Positions 9,632 through 18,981 of a stretch of DNA of 64,000 nucleotides are shown piece after piece. The stretch is taken from NCBI GenBank assembly GCA_038065095.1, contig JBBTRR010000001.1:29652-93651 (forward strand), given 5' to 3'. The stretch comes from Patescibacteria group bacterium (GTDB lineage: Bacteria > Patescibacteriota > Minisyncoccia > JACQLN01). The notes beneath the pieces are model-generated. The model saw only the letters and a program-made list of their open reading frames with translations. It searched no databases and was not told the DNA's origin. The number at the start of each line of letters is the position of its first letter. Positions within the stretch are counted from its first letter, which is position 1. The translations under genes were made by a program, and so were the position numbers.

Positions 9632-10219
9632 ATGTCTAAAATAAATAAACTAGAAGAACTAAAAAAGGAGTTGGAAGAAAATAAAGATTTACCACTGCGC
9701 GAATCCAATTTAGTTTTTGGTGAAGGCAATATAGATTCTAAAGTTGTGTTTATCGGCGAGGCGCCCGGCTTTCATGAAGATCAGCAAAGGCGTCCGTTTG
9801 TAGGGCGATCGGGTCAACTCTTAAATCATCTTATAGAGAATATCGGTTGGAAAAGGGAGGAAGTTTATATAACTAATATCGTTAAACGCCGTCCGCCCGA
9901 AAACCGTGATCCATTACCTAACGAAATAGAATCTTATAAGCCTTATTTAACAAGGCAAATAGAAATAATAAATCCAATCCTTATAGTAACCTTGGGTCGG
10001 TTTTCAATGAATTATTTTTTACCTATGGCTAAAATAAGCCGCGATCAGGGCAAAGTATTCAAATGGGGGAAATGGGACGAAAAAGGAGGAAAGGGGAGGT
10101 TCGTTGCTCCTGTGTTTCATCCAGCCGCCGCTCTTAGGTCTAATGGTAATATGGAGGCTTTAAAAAATGCTTTTAAAAAGATACCAAAGATTCTAAAAAA
10201 GTGTGAAAGCTTGGTTTAG
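9632..10219 (+). CDS. uracil-DNA glycosylase family 4
   Basis: GEAPG, PFVGRSG, RPPENRDP and FHPAAALR motifs; ATG at 9632. Confidence 0.9.
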   Translation: MSKINKLEELKKELEENKDLPLRESNLVFGEGNIDSKVVFIGEAPGFHEDQQRRPFVGRSGQLLNHLIENIGWKREEVYITNIVKRRPPENRDPLPNEIESYKPYLTRQIEIINPILIVTLGRFSMNYFLPMAKISRDQGKVFKWGKWDEKGGKGRFVAPVFHPAAALRSNGNMEALKNAFKKIPKILKKCESLV

Positions 10220-10348
10220 CAAAAAGCTCTGTGGAAAATGTCTTTTTTATGCACAAAATGACCCCATTTTGTGCCTACTTTTAAGAGGCTAACAAAGCTT
10301 GACTTCTGTGGTTCAAAAAGCGTATAATTGACGAACAATCTGCTTTTA

Positions 10349-11632
10349 ATGTATAAAAAACCACAACTTAGGTTTTTTCTTGTTTTAACAGCTTTTTTAG
10401 CTGTTTTTCTGGTTTCCTCAAATATAGCCCTAGCTGCTTCTAAGAATACTAATTCCGAAAGTGGTCGATATTTAATTGCAACAAAAAGTTACTTTATAAA
10501 ATCTCTTTTTGGTGTTCAGCATGAGTTTGATTCTGGTTTTACGGCCGACCTAACTACTGGCGAGGTTTGGACTTTGGAAAAAATATTTAAAGTTAACGTT
10601 ACATCTGTTCCTCTTTATAAAATAAATAGCACAGATGTTGTTGATACTGTTTCTGCTAATGTTGTAAGTGCTGTTTCTGAAACAGTAGCTTCTTTGCAAA
10701 AAGATGTTCAAAAACCAAAATTTAGGAATGTTTTACCTACCAATGGAATTACTTGGGGTGCTAGTAAAATTTATAGCGACAATTCTCTAATCTCTACTTT
10801 TGGAGGCAAAGAAATTAATGTTGCTATTCTAGATACTGGTGTTAGCGCTTCTCATCCTGATCTAGTTAGTAATATAAAAGATTGTAAAGATTTCACACGA
10901 GGTTCTGTACCGCGTTCTGCTTGTGAAGATAAAAATGGTCACGGCACACATGTGGCTGGAATAATTGCAGGCAATGGCGGTTTTGATACTAAGGGTGTTT
11001 GGGGTATAGCCAGCGAAGCTAATTTATTGGTTTATAAAGTTTGCCGTAACGATGGCACTTGTTGGGCGGATGATGTAGCTTCTGCTTTGGACTATGCTAT
11101 TACCACAAGTAAGACTAATATTGTTTTTATTGGTTTAGGTGGAAATAATGAAAGTTCTGTTTTAAAAAATTCTATAGATTCTGCTTTAAATAAAAATGTT
11201 TTAGTTATTACTGGAGTGGGTAATGATGGCCCAGACAAAGCTTCAATAGATTGGCCAGCAGCTTATAAAAATATAGTTTCTGTGGGTGCCTTAACCGAAG
11301 ATGGTATTGTGGCTACTTGGTCTAGTAGAGGTGTAAATGATGGTGATTACATAAAAGAAGAAAGAGAGATTTCTTTTGTGGCCCCAGGCGTAAATGTAGA
11401 ATCAACTTGGGTTGATGGCAGTTACCGCTTTCTTTCGGGAACTTCTATGGCTGCGGCTTATGTTGCCGGTATAGCTACTAAAATATGGAATGGTTCGGCT
11501 ACAAGTACATTGGTTAATTTAGAAAAACTAAGCCAAGATATTGGTTTGCTGGGCGATGATAACGCTACTGGTTTTGGTATGTTGGTTTTACCTAAAAGCA
11601 AAATAGAAACCCCAATTACTTCGTTGCCATAA
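10349..11632 (+). CDS. secreted subtilisin-like S8 serine protease
   Basis: Signal peptide; catalytic triad ILDTG / HGTHVAG / GTSMAA. Confidence 0.9.
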   Translation: MYKKPQLRFFLVLTAFLAVFLVSSNIALAASKNTNSESGRYLIATKSYFIKSLFGVQHEFDSGFTADLTTGEVWTLEKIFKVNVTSVPLYKINSTDVVDTVSANVVSAVSETVASLQKDVQKPKFRNVLPTNGITWGASKIYSDNSLISTFGGKEINVAILDTGVSASHPDLVSNIKDCKDFTRGSVPRSACEDKNGHGTHVAGIIAGNGGFDTKGVWGIASEANLLVYKVCRNDGTCWADDVASALDYAITTSKTNIVFIGLGGNNESSVLKNSIDSALNKNVLVITGVGNDGPDKASIDWPAAYKNIVSVGALTEDGIVATWSSRGVNDGDYIKEEREISFVAPGVNVESTWVDGSYRFLSGTSMAAAYVAGIATKIWNGSATSTLVNLEKLSQDIGLLGDDNATGFGMLVLPKSKIETPITSLP

Positions 11633-11657
11633 TTAGATAATAAATAGATTATATTTT

Positions 11658-11692
11658 ATCCCGCCAGAAACATAAGCTGTTTCTGGCGGGAT
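11658..11692. terminator. 15-bp hairpin, likely terminator
   Basis: ATCCCGCCAGAAACA-TAAGC-TGTTTCTGGCGGGAT. Confidence 0.65.
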
Positions 11693-11708
11693 TTGTTATA
11701 ATCAAAAT

Positions 11709-12347
11709 ATGTTCACTGGCGTAAATCGTATTATAAAAATTATTGTGGCAGCGGATTTTTTTTATAATTCGGCTTTTGCTTCTTTTGGCCCGGTTTTTGC
11801 GATTTTTTTGACTAGTCAAATTCAAGGCGGTTCAGCCAAAGTGGCTGGTTTTGCGGCTTCAATTTATTGGATAGTTAAATCTATCTTCCAGTTACCAATT
11901 GCACGTTTTTTAGATAAAACTGATGGTGAACGCGATGATTTTTGGGCGCTATTTTTGGGTTATTTTTTAAGCTCACTTATTCCTATTGCTTATATTTTTG
12001 TTACAAAGCCGGTTCACTTATATATTGTTCAGGGTTTTTACGGTTTTATAATGGCATGGGCGGTGCCGGCTTGGTATTCAATTTTTACTAGGCATGTAGA
12101 TAAATGGAGGATTAGTTTTGAATGGAGTTTAGATAGCGTTTTTTCGGTTGGGCTTGCCGCTTCGGTAGCCACAGCTTTGGGTGGTTATGTAGCCGATAAA
12201 TATGGTTTTGTAGTTTTGTTTCTTTCGGCCAGCGCTATATCACTTTTATCTTCTTTCTTACTACTTGGGTTACTTAGCCATCTTAGCCCAAAAAAACATT
12301 ATCAAGATAGAATAATCCCCGAACGCCATAGAAAAATAGTTCAGTAG
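11709..12347 (+). CDS. MFS-type transporter (half-size, 6 TM)
   Basis: QLPIARFLDKTDG resembles MFS motif A; 6 hydrophobic helices. Confidence 0.7.
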   Translation: MFTGVNRIIKIIVAADFFYNSAFASFGPVFAIFLTSQIQGGSAKVAGFAASIYWIVKSIFQLPIARFLDKTDGERDDFWALFLGYFLSSLIPIAYIFVTKPVHLYIVQGFYGFIMAWAVPAWYSIFTRHVDKWRISFEWSLDSVFSVGLAASVATALGGYVADKYGFVVLFLSASAISLLSSFLLLGLLSHLSPKKHYQDRIIPERHRKIVQ

Positions 12348-12417
12348 ACTTACGCGCCAATATTTGTTAGCTTTTTGGCAAGATAGGTTTGGGTGTTCTT
12401 TTAAAAAAGGAGATAAT

Positions 12418-12555
12418 ATGAAAGCTCTCAAAAGCATTGGCGAGATAATTGCCGTAGTACTTACTCTTGTTGTCTGTATTGGTTGGGGTTTGATTCGTGG
12501 TTATGCCTTTAACTGGATCCGTCCGATTATAGCTTTGGGAGGTTTTAGAAAATGA
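12418..12555 (+). CDS. small hypothetical membrane peptide
   Basis: AAGGAG RBS before ATG 12418; stop is close-coupled to the next start. Confidence 0.45.
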   Translation: MKALKSIGEIIAVVLTLVVCIGWGLIRGYAFNWIRPIIALGGFRK

Positions 12556-12815
12556 AAAGAAAATATGTTTTTGGCCGCAAGCCAGCATTGGTTGTTACTT
12601 CTAGAGATACGGAAAAATTACTTGTCCCGCTTCTTGAAGAAGTAGGCATATTTCCCGAAGTGCATTGTTACCGACCTGAATTTGTTGAGGACGGCGCGGA
12701 ATTACATCTAGCTGAAGCTTGTTTTATAGGCGTCCAAAATATTAAGGATCACATCGGTCTTTGCAAAACTCATATGGAGGGTTTAAGAAAAGATTCTTTG
12801 CCTGTGGAGGTGTGA
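12552..12815 (+). CDS. hypothetical protein
   Basis: GGAGG RBS; coupled to its neighbours. Confidence 0.5.
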   Translation: MKRKYVFGRKPALVVTSRDTEKLLVPLLEEVGIFPEVHCYRPEFVEDGAELHLAEACFIGVQNIKDHIGLCKTHMEGLRKDSLPVEV

Positions 12816-12816
12816 A

Positions 12817-13002
12817 ATGAAAAAGATAAAGTGTTGGTTCAAAGATAAAAAGATTATAATTTACACAATAATGTTTTTTGCTGGATGTGTTGTACTTTTT
12901 CTATCCTCGGCTGGTTTTGGTGCTGGGTTTTTAGGTTGGCATATTATTCTGGCAATGGTTTTGGTGAGTCCTTTTGTGTGTGACCTTGCCAAAGCAACAT
13001 AA
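12817..13002 (+). CDS. small hypothetical membrane protein
   Basis: GGAGG RBS, 2 TM helices, followed by a terminator-like hairpin at 13017-13046. Confidence 0.5.
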   Translation: MKKIKCWFKDKKIIIYTIMFFAGCVVLFLSSAGFGAGFLGWHIILAMVLVSPFVCDLAKAT

Positions 13003-13082
13003 AGCATAATTAGTTTAGCTCGGCGGAAAATCCGCTGGGCTTTTTTATTGACCAACAATATAATTGGGTGTATTTTTAATCT

Positions 13083-13265
13083 ATGGCAAAGAAGAAAACT
13101 ACAATTGATATATTTTCAGATAAAGATATAGAACTCCACGAGTTGGATTGTCGTTTAGACAAATTGAACAAGCTTGAAAATTTTGTTATCTTGGTCAAAC
13201 AAGAATATCAGATTAGGCGTTTGGAATTAGAAATAAAAGAGCTCAAAAACGCTCTTGCCATGTAG
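13083..13265 (+). CDS. small coiled-coil hypothetical protein
   Basis: ORF track. Confidence 0.45.
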   Translation: MAKKKTTIDIFSDKDIELHELDCRLDKLNKLENFVILVKQEYQIRRLELEIKELKNALAM

Positions 13266-13286
13266 TTCTTTAAAAAGGAGGAGATC

Positions 13287-13505
13287 ATGTCCAATACGGT
13301 AGTATATTTTGTTATTGGCTTAGTGTTTAGCTTTTTTTATGTAAAAAAAAATATACTATCCAGAACTGGAGAAGTGCACGGTTTCGGAGTATTATTAATA
13401 TTGACTGTAATTTTTTTAGTGTGTGCCGCCATATGGCCAGTTCTTTTGCTTGTTGATATCGTGATTTTTATCCTAATGTTTCTAGGTAAATTATCTTCAA
13501 AATAG
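13287..13505 (+). CDS. small hypothetical membrane protein
   Basis: AAGGAGG RBS; 2 TM helices. Confidence 0.55.
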   Translation: MSNTVVYFVIGLVFSFFYVKKNILSRTGEVHGFGVLLILTVIFLVCAAIWPVLLLVDIVIFILMFLGKLSSK

Positions 13506-13592
13506 AAAACTTGAACTTGTTTGATGATGCACGACACATAAAGTCGTGCATTTTTCTTTTGAGTCAAAGTTGCTAATATTAAAGCCAATACA

Positions 13593-15371
13593 ATGAATCA
13601 AGAAATTGCTAAAATTTTTAAAGAAATATCTATTCTACTTTCAATGCAAGGTGTGGCATTTAAACCGCAGGCGTTTGAGCGGGCGGCCACGAACATAGAA
13701 AACCTAGGCGAGGATTTAAAAGATATATATAAAAAAGGTGGTACTAAGGCTCTAGAACAAATTCAAGGTGTAGGTAAGAGCATGGCAGAAATGATAGAGG
13801 AGTATTTAAAAACAAAAAAAATTAAAGAACATTTAGCTTTAAAGAAAAAAATTCCGGTGGATATAGAGGGCTTAACTAGTGTGGAGGGCGTTGGCCCCAA
13901 GGGTGTATACAAACTTTATAAGAAGCTAGGCATTAGAACCTTAGGCGATTTAGAAAAATCGGCTAAGGCAGGCTTAATTAAAAATTTAGAAGGCTTTGGT
14001 GAAAAATCGGAGGAAAAAATTTTACGTGGTTTAGAGTTTGTTAAAAAGCACAGCGGTAGATATGTTTTAGGTTTTGTTTTACCCGAAATTAGGGAAATTG
14101 TTTTGCGTTTAGAAAAAAGTAAATATGCCGATAAAGTTTTGTTTTGTGGTTCGGCTCGAAGGATGCAGGAAACCATAGGTGACGCCGATATTTTAATAAC
14201 TTCTAAAAATGCAAAAGAAGTTATGGATCTTTTTATAAAAATGCCAGAAGTTGGAAGGGTGGTAGCAAAAGGCGAAACTAAAAGCGTTGTTAAGTTAAAT
14301 AATGGTTTAGAAGTAGACTTGCGTGTGGTAGCGCCCAAAAGTTTTGGGGCAGCGGCGCAATATTTTACTGGTGATAAAAATCATAATGTAGAATTGCGAA
14401 AGATTGCGATAGATAAAGGCTATAAGTTAAATGAGTATGGTTTGTATAAAATTAAAAAATCAAATCTCAAAAATCAAAATTACAATTCAAAAATAAAAAA
14501 TAAAGAAGAATATGTTGCTGGCGAATCAGAAGAGGGCATATATAAGGCGTTAGATATGGATTTTATTCCTCCAGAACTTAGAACCTTAAATGGCGAGATA
14601 GAAGCGGCTCAAAACCATAAACTTCCTAAGCTGGTTGATTACGGCGATTTAAAAGGCGATTTGCAGATTCAAACCAACTGGACGGATGGCGAAAACACAA
14701 TAGAAGAAATGGCTGAAGCCGCTATGAAAATAGGTTTGGAATATATTTTAATTACGGATCATACAAAATCCTTGGCTATGACAGGCGGGTCGGATGAGAA
14801 AAAGTTAGAAAAACAAATGGCAGAAATAGATAAAATAAACAAAAGATCCAAGTTCCAAGATACAGGTTTCAAGATTTTAAAAGGTGCTGAGGTAAATATT
14901 TTAAAAGATGGTTCGTTAGATATAGACGATAAAACTTTAGCTAAATTAGATGTGGTAGGTGTAGCGGTTCATTCTTTATTTAACCTGCCAAAAGCCGAAC
15001 AAACCAAAAGAATAATTAAGGCGATGGAAAACCCAAATGTAGATATTCTTTTTCATCCCACTGGCAGAATTATTAACAAACGACCAGCTTACGAAGTTGA
15101 TATGGAAGAAATTATAAAAGCCGCCAAAAGAACCGGCACGGTTTTAGAAATAGACGCTTTTGCCGATAGGTTAGATTTAAAAGATGAACACATAAGAATG
15201 GCGATAGAGGCAGGTATAAAATTATCCATAGATTCCGATGCGCATCATACGGATCATTTTAAATATTTAGAAATTGGTATTGCGCAGGCGAGAAGGGCTT
15301 GGGCGACAAGGGAAGATATAATAAACACACAACCCTTAGATAAAATGTTAGGATTTTTAAAAAATAATTAA
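13593..15371 (+). CDS. polX: DNA polymerase X / PHP domain protein
   Basis: HhH motifs, GSARR...GDADIL, QYFTG; PHP domain with TDHT, HPTGR and DSDAH. Confidence 0.92.
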   Translation: MNQEIAKIFKEISILLSMQGVAFKPQAFERAATNIENLGEDLKDIYKKGGTKALEQIQGVGKSMAEMIEEYLKTKKIKEHLALKKKIPVDIEGLTSVEGVGPKGVYKLYKKLGIRTLGDLEKSAKAGLIKNLEGFGEKSEEKILRGLEFVKKHSGRYVLGFVLPEIREIVLRLEKSKYADKVLFCGSARRMQETIGDADILITSKNAKEVMDLFIKMPEVGRVVAKGETKSVVKLNNGLEVDLRVVAPKSFGAAAQYFTGDKNHNVELRKIAIDKGYKLNEYGLYKIKKSNLKNQNYNSKIKNKEEYVAGESEEGIYKALDMDFIPPELRTLNGEIEAAQNHKLPKLVDYGDLKGDLQIQTNWTDGENTIEEMAEAAMKIGLEYILITDHTKSLAMTGGSDEKKLEKQMAEIDKINKRSKFQDTGFKILKGAEVNILKDGSLDIDDKTLAKLDVVGVAVHSLFNLPKAEQTKRIIKAMENPNVDILFHPTGRIINKRPAYEVDMEEIIKAAKRTGTVLEIDAFADRLDLKDEHIRMAIEAGIKLSIDSDAHHTDHFKYLEIGIAQARRAWATREDIINTQPLDKMLGFLKNN

Positions 15372-15374
15372 TTC

Positions 15375-15460
15375 ATAAATTTGTTCCCTCGTAGACGACA
15401 CGGAGGCCTCTCAATTGTAGAATCGGTCATCTCCGTGATGCTACTCGAGAACAAATTTAT
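15375..15460 (+). repeat. dispersed hairpin element, copy B
   Basis: Same core as copy A; outer stem ATAAATTTGTTC/GAACAAATTTAT. Confidence 0.9.
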
Positions 15461-15467
15461 TTTGAGC

Positions 15468-15755
15468 ATGTTTAAAGATAAAGTTTATAAATTTACTAAA
15501 AAAATTCCCAAAGGCAAGGTGGCGACATATAAAAAAGTTGCTATGGCGATTGGTTCACCCAAAGCGGCGAGAGGAGTGGCGATGGTACTGTCTAAAAACT
15601 TTGACCCTAAAATCCCTTGCCATCGTGTTGTAAGAACCGATGGTTCTTTGGGTGGTTATAACCGTGGTGGTATTGTCGCAAAAGCAAAACTACTTAAAAG
15701 TGAAGGAGTCTTGATAGAAAATGGTAAAGTTGACTCAAAAACACATTTAATATAA
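15468..15755 (+). CDS. MGMT-family O6-alkylguanine alkyltransferase (short form)
   Basis: IPKGKVATY, AARGV and IPCHRVV motifs; ATG at 15468. Confidence 0.85.
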   Translation: MFKDKVYKFTKKIPKGKVATYKKVAMAIGSPKAARGVAMVLSKNFDPKIPCHRVVRTDGSLGGYNRGGIVAKAKLLKSEGVLIENGKVDSKTHLI

Positions 15756-15769
15756 TATACAAATATATT

Positions 15770-15952
15770 ATGAGTTTTATCAAAGCCACGCAATATAAAC
15801 ATATGTTAAAGACCAGAACAATTAACTGGTTTGTTTTGCGTTTCTGCAAAGCTAAAAATAAAGGGGGTTTTGATAAAATACAACAATTTACTACCTAGTT
15901 TAATAAGATAAATTCTATAGATAACTATCAAAACCTCCTTACGGAGGTTTTT
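15770..15952 (+). promoter_or_regulatory. putative leader peptide (15770-15898, 42 aa) with terminator/antiterminator attenuator
   Basis: 15861-15875 can pair with 15926-15940, which overlaps the terminator AAAACCTCC-TTAC-GGAGGTTTT (15930-15951). Confidence 0.6.
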
Positions 15953-16068
15953 AAGTTTTGGGGATTGGTTTGAGCATCTAAACTAGATGTTCAAACCAGA
16001 ATCCTAAAACGTTTAGGTTCTGGGAGTTCCTTAAAATCCAAATATCACACTATCCTAAGGAGGATAAT

Positions 16069-17841
16069 ATGATACGCATTAATAACACTTTCCAGACGCT
16101 TTTTAGTACGCCGAGGTTGTTTTTTACTTTAAAGGATAATCCGGTAAGTGAGCGAGTTATTAGCGAGCTTAAAGAGATGCTTGGTAGTGAACAAGAGTGT
16201 ATTGTTTTTGGAGATGTTAGCGAAGTAAGAGCTATGTTTGAAAGCGGAATTTCGCCAGATTCAGCAGTGGTTTTGATTGATGTTGGTATGTCTGGGGAAT
16301 TTAGCCCCACAACTCAATTACGCCCATGTGAATCTGCAACCATTCCTAGTTGGTCGTGTGGTGCCCAATGGTGTGTAAAGGTAAGTGGTAAATGCCGTCG
16401 CCCTGATCGTTGCGCTCGGCAGTTGCGGGCAGATTTTGTTCGAAATTTTCAAGATCATCTCGGTATCGGCTACTATCCATGGGGCAAACCCCGCCTCAAC
16501 GAAAAACCTCCAGTGAGTGTTAATTTGGGCGATATGACGAATGTTATCGGCAGATTAAACAGTGGCCCAGATTTTGCCGAAGCCATAGCCGATCAAGGGC
16601 ACGTTTTAGAATTGCCCAAGGGTTCCAAGATAAGTTGGATAAGAATTCCACCTGAACCTTTGGTTTGCGATGAAGCTAGTTTGAAGGGGATTATGACCGC
16701 TTTCGACGAGTTCGAAGCATCAAGCTGTAAATTAACTTTGTTGGATAGCAGTGTTTCCGAAATGCTTTTTTCCGGTGTGGATCTTAATGGTTCTCTTAAG
16801 GATATCTATCTTTTTCCTGACAAAAAAATGTTCTCAGTGCGACGTCCCGATTTGCACTTTACAGGTGAAGGGGTGTTTGCGTCGGAGAACGACGAGATGC
16901 CGGGTGGTTTTGCGGAGCTAGTTCATCTGGATCAAGCCTACAAGGTTAATCAAGACAGGTGGCATAGGTGTTTTGAGTGGTTGTCTGGCATGGGTCCAGT
17001 TCTATTTTTGGTTTCGCATGAATGGAGCAAGTGTTATATACCAGAAATAAAGTGGCTGGTAGAAAATTTGCAAAAGCTTGGTTACCCAGCTTTGTTTCTT
17101 TCTACCGAAAACTTGGATCGTCTCATCATCAATTCGCACGGAGTATATTTTGATGGCGAAAAGATGGGTACTGTCTGGCGGCAATTTCCAATTTTCGAAA
17201 CGAAAGAGGATTCCAAATTAGGGGATTTGGTTCACGCGGCTAAAAACGGCGTGATCCGTTTGGTGCCGGAGTTTGCTCATTTCGGAAACAAGGCTTGGTT
17301 TTCTATTTTTAGAAGTCGAGCAGATTTTTTCCGCTGTGAACTTTCTCCAAAATCTTTTTATATTCTAGATGCCATCTTGCCAGATTCTCGTTTGGTTAAT
17401 CCTCAAAGCACTAGCAATCCTTTTCCTTGTTCTGTAGCTGGGTTGAATATTGTTGATATCCATCACTTTATGGGGCTAGAGGAAGATGAAAGGAATCGCT
17501 TAGTGCTTAAGGTTTGTGGAGCCAATACGTTGTCGGCTAGGTCTTATGGCGTACTGATTGGTCATGGCCTTATTGGTAGTACTTGGTCTGGCTGGATCAA
17601 AGAGCGGCTACAGTTAAACCAACCTTTTATTGTTCAACGCCGTTTGGAAAGTGGTGTGGTGCGCATACCCGTTATGAACACTCGTCGAAATTGCGGTGAG
17701 ATGTTTAACTGCCGAGTTCTTTTGCGCCCGTGGATGATAGGTGGGGAATTGGTTTCTGTTTCGGCTTGCGCTGTGCCATCGAATACTTTCAGGGTTCACG
17801 GTATGGTAGACATGGCCGTGGCGCCAGTGATATTTGGATAG
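16069..17841 (+). CDS. putative ATP-grasp amide/peptide ligase (glutathionylspermidine-synthase-like / circularly permuted ATP-grasp C-terminal half)
   Basis: RRPDL...ENDEMPGG, NKAWF, LVLKV...SYGVLIG and FIVQRRL resemble the GspS-type ATP-grasp pattern; AAGGAGG RBS. Confidence 0.5.
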   Translation: MIRINNTFQTLFSTPRLFFTLKDNPVSERVISELKEMLGSEQECIVFGDVSEVRAMFESGISPDSAVVLIDVGMSGEFSPTTQLRPCESATIPSWSCGAQWCVKVSGKCRRPDRCARQLRADFVRNFQDHLGIGYYPWGKPRLNEKPPVSVNLGDMTNVIGRLNSGPDFAEAIADQGHVLELPKGSKISWIRIPPEPLVCDEASLKGIMTAFDEFEASSCKLTLLDSSVSEMLFSGVDLNGSLKDIYLFPDKKMFSVRRPDLHFTGEGVFASENDEMPGGFAELVHLDQAYKVNQDRWHRCFEWLSGMGPVLFLVSHEWSKCYIPEIKWLVENLQKLGYPALFLSTENLDRLIINSHGVYFDGEKMGTVWRQFPIFETKEDSKLGDLVHAAKNGVIRLVPEFAHFGNKAWFSIFRSRADFFRCELSPKSFYILDAILPDSRLVNPQSTSNPFPCSVAGLNIVDIHHFMGLEEDERNRLVLKVCGANTLSARSYGVLIGHGLIGSTWSGWIKERLQLNQPFIVQRRLESGVVRIPVMNTRRNCGEMFNCRVLLRPWMIGGELVSVSACAVPSNTFRVHGMVDMAVAPVIFG

Positions 17842-17855
17842 TTTTAGGTAAAAGT

Positions 17856-17893
17856 GCGCAAGCTCGAGGTAAAAATAAACTTCGAGCTTGCGC
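17856..17893. other. intergenic 15-bp hairpin
   Basis: GCGCAAGCTCGAGGT / ACTTCGAGCTTGCGC with one G.U pair; no U tail. Confidence 0.6.
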
Positions 17894-17904
17894 CAATTTT
17901 AATA

Positions 17905-18981
17905 ATGAAAAATAAAAAAAATTTATCAATAAAAAGGTTTAGGGATTATGGCTTTAAAGTCGGTCTTTTGCCGTGTGGTAAAAAAAATTCCATAGCCGAT
18001 GTTCTTGGTGTAAAAGTAGGGCACTTAAATAAAATATTGGGTAAAGATATTAGAACTGGTATAACCATAATTGATCCGGGAATAAAAAATTTATTTAGAA
18101 AAAAAATTCCAGCCGCAGTTTATGTGGGTAATGGTTTTGGAAAATTAACAGGTACCACTCAAATTGAAGAATTAGGCACTTTGGAAACTCCTATCGCGCT
18201 TACCAATACTCTGGCGGTAGGGCCAGTCATGCGAGGCGTAGTAGATTGGGTTATTAAAAATTCGCCCGATATTAAATCAACAGAAACTGTAAATGCTGTA
18301 GTTGGTGAAACTAACGACGGCTGGTTAAATAATATTCATAAAAATTCAATCAGCTCAGTTGATGTTTTTAAAACCTTTAAAAATTTATCGGCCGATTTTG
18401 CCACAGGTTGTGTGGGTGCGGGCGTAGGCACACGTTTATTTTCTTGGAAGGGTGGTATTGGTTCGTCTTCGCGTTTAATTAAAATTGGAAACAAAAAATA
18501 TACACTAGGTGCTTTGGTTCAAACAAATTTTGGTGGCGCGTTAAATATATTAGGAATACCCGTTGGTAAAATTTTAGGCCAAACTGATTTTGATAGTTTT
18601 ATTAAAATAGGTGATGGATCTTGTATGATTGTTTTAGCAACAGACGCTCCGCTTTCGGCTCGCCAGTTAAAAAGAATTGCTAAAAGGGCAATGCTTGGTT
18701 TGGCTAAAACAGGTTCGGTTATGGCACATGGTAGTGGAGATTACGCTATAGCCTTTAGCACTAACAGAAGCGGTATAGAAGGCGAGGGAAGTTTGTCTAA
18801 ATGCTTGTCTGATTCATGTTTAACACAATTCTTTTTAGGAGCAGTTGAAGCCACAGAAGAAAGTATTTACGATGCTTTGTTTGCCGCAAAAACCACAATA
18901 GGTGTAAATGGCCATATTTTGAAATCTATTCCCAAAGAACAGGTGGTTGAAATAATAAAAAACAAAAATGGCGAAAAATAA
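17905..18981 (+). CDS. DmpA-family (P1) L-aminopeptidase/D-esterase
   Basis: NSIADVLGVKVGH, NGFGKLTG, VVGETNDG, GDGSCMIVLATDAPL and HGSGDYAIAFST motifs. Confidence 0.9.
   Translation: MKNKKNLSIKRFRDYGFKVGLLPCGKKNSIADVLGVKVGHLNKILGKDIRTGITIIDPGIKNLFRKKIPAAVYVGNGFGKLTGTTQIEELGTLETPIALTNTLAVGPVMRGVVDWVIKNSPDIKSTETVNAVVGETNDGWLNNIHKNSISSVDVFKTFKNLSADFATGCVGAGVGTRLFSWKGGIGSSSRLIKIGNKKYTLGALVQTNFGGALNILGIPVGKILGQTDFDSFIKIGDGSCMIVLATDAPLSARQLKRIAKRAMLGLAKTGSVMAHGSGDYAIAFSTNRSGIEGEGSLSKCLSDSCLTQFFLGAVEATEESIYDALFAAKTTIGVNGHILKSIPKEQVVEIIKNKNGEK

Noticed and set aside
15381-15467. N-terminal extension of the MGMT ORF
   Set aside because: It reads through hairpin element copy B; ATG 15468 fits the family length.
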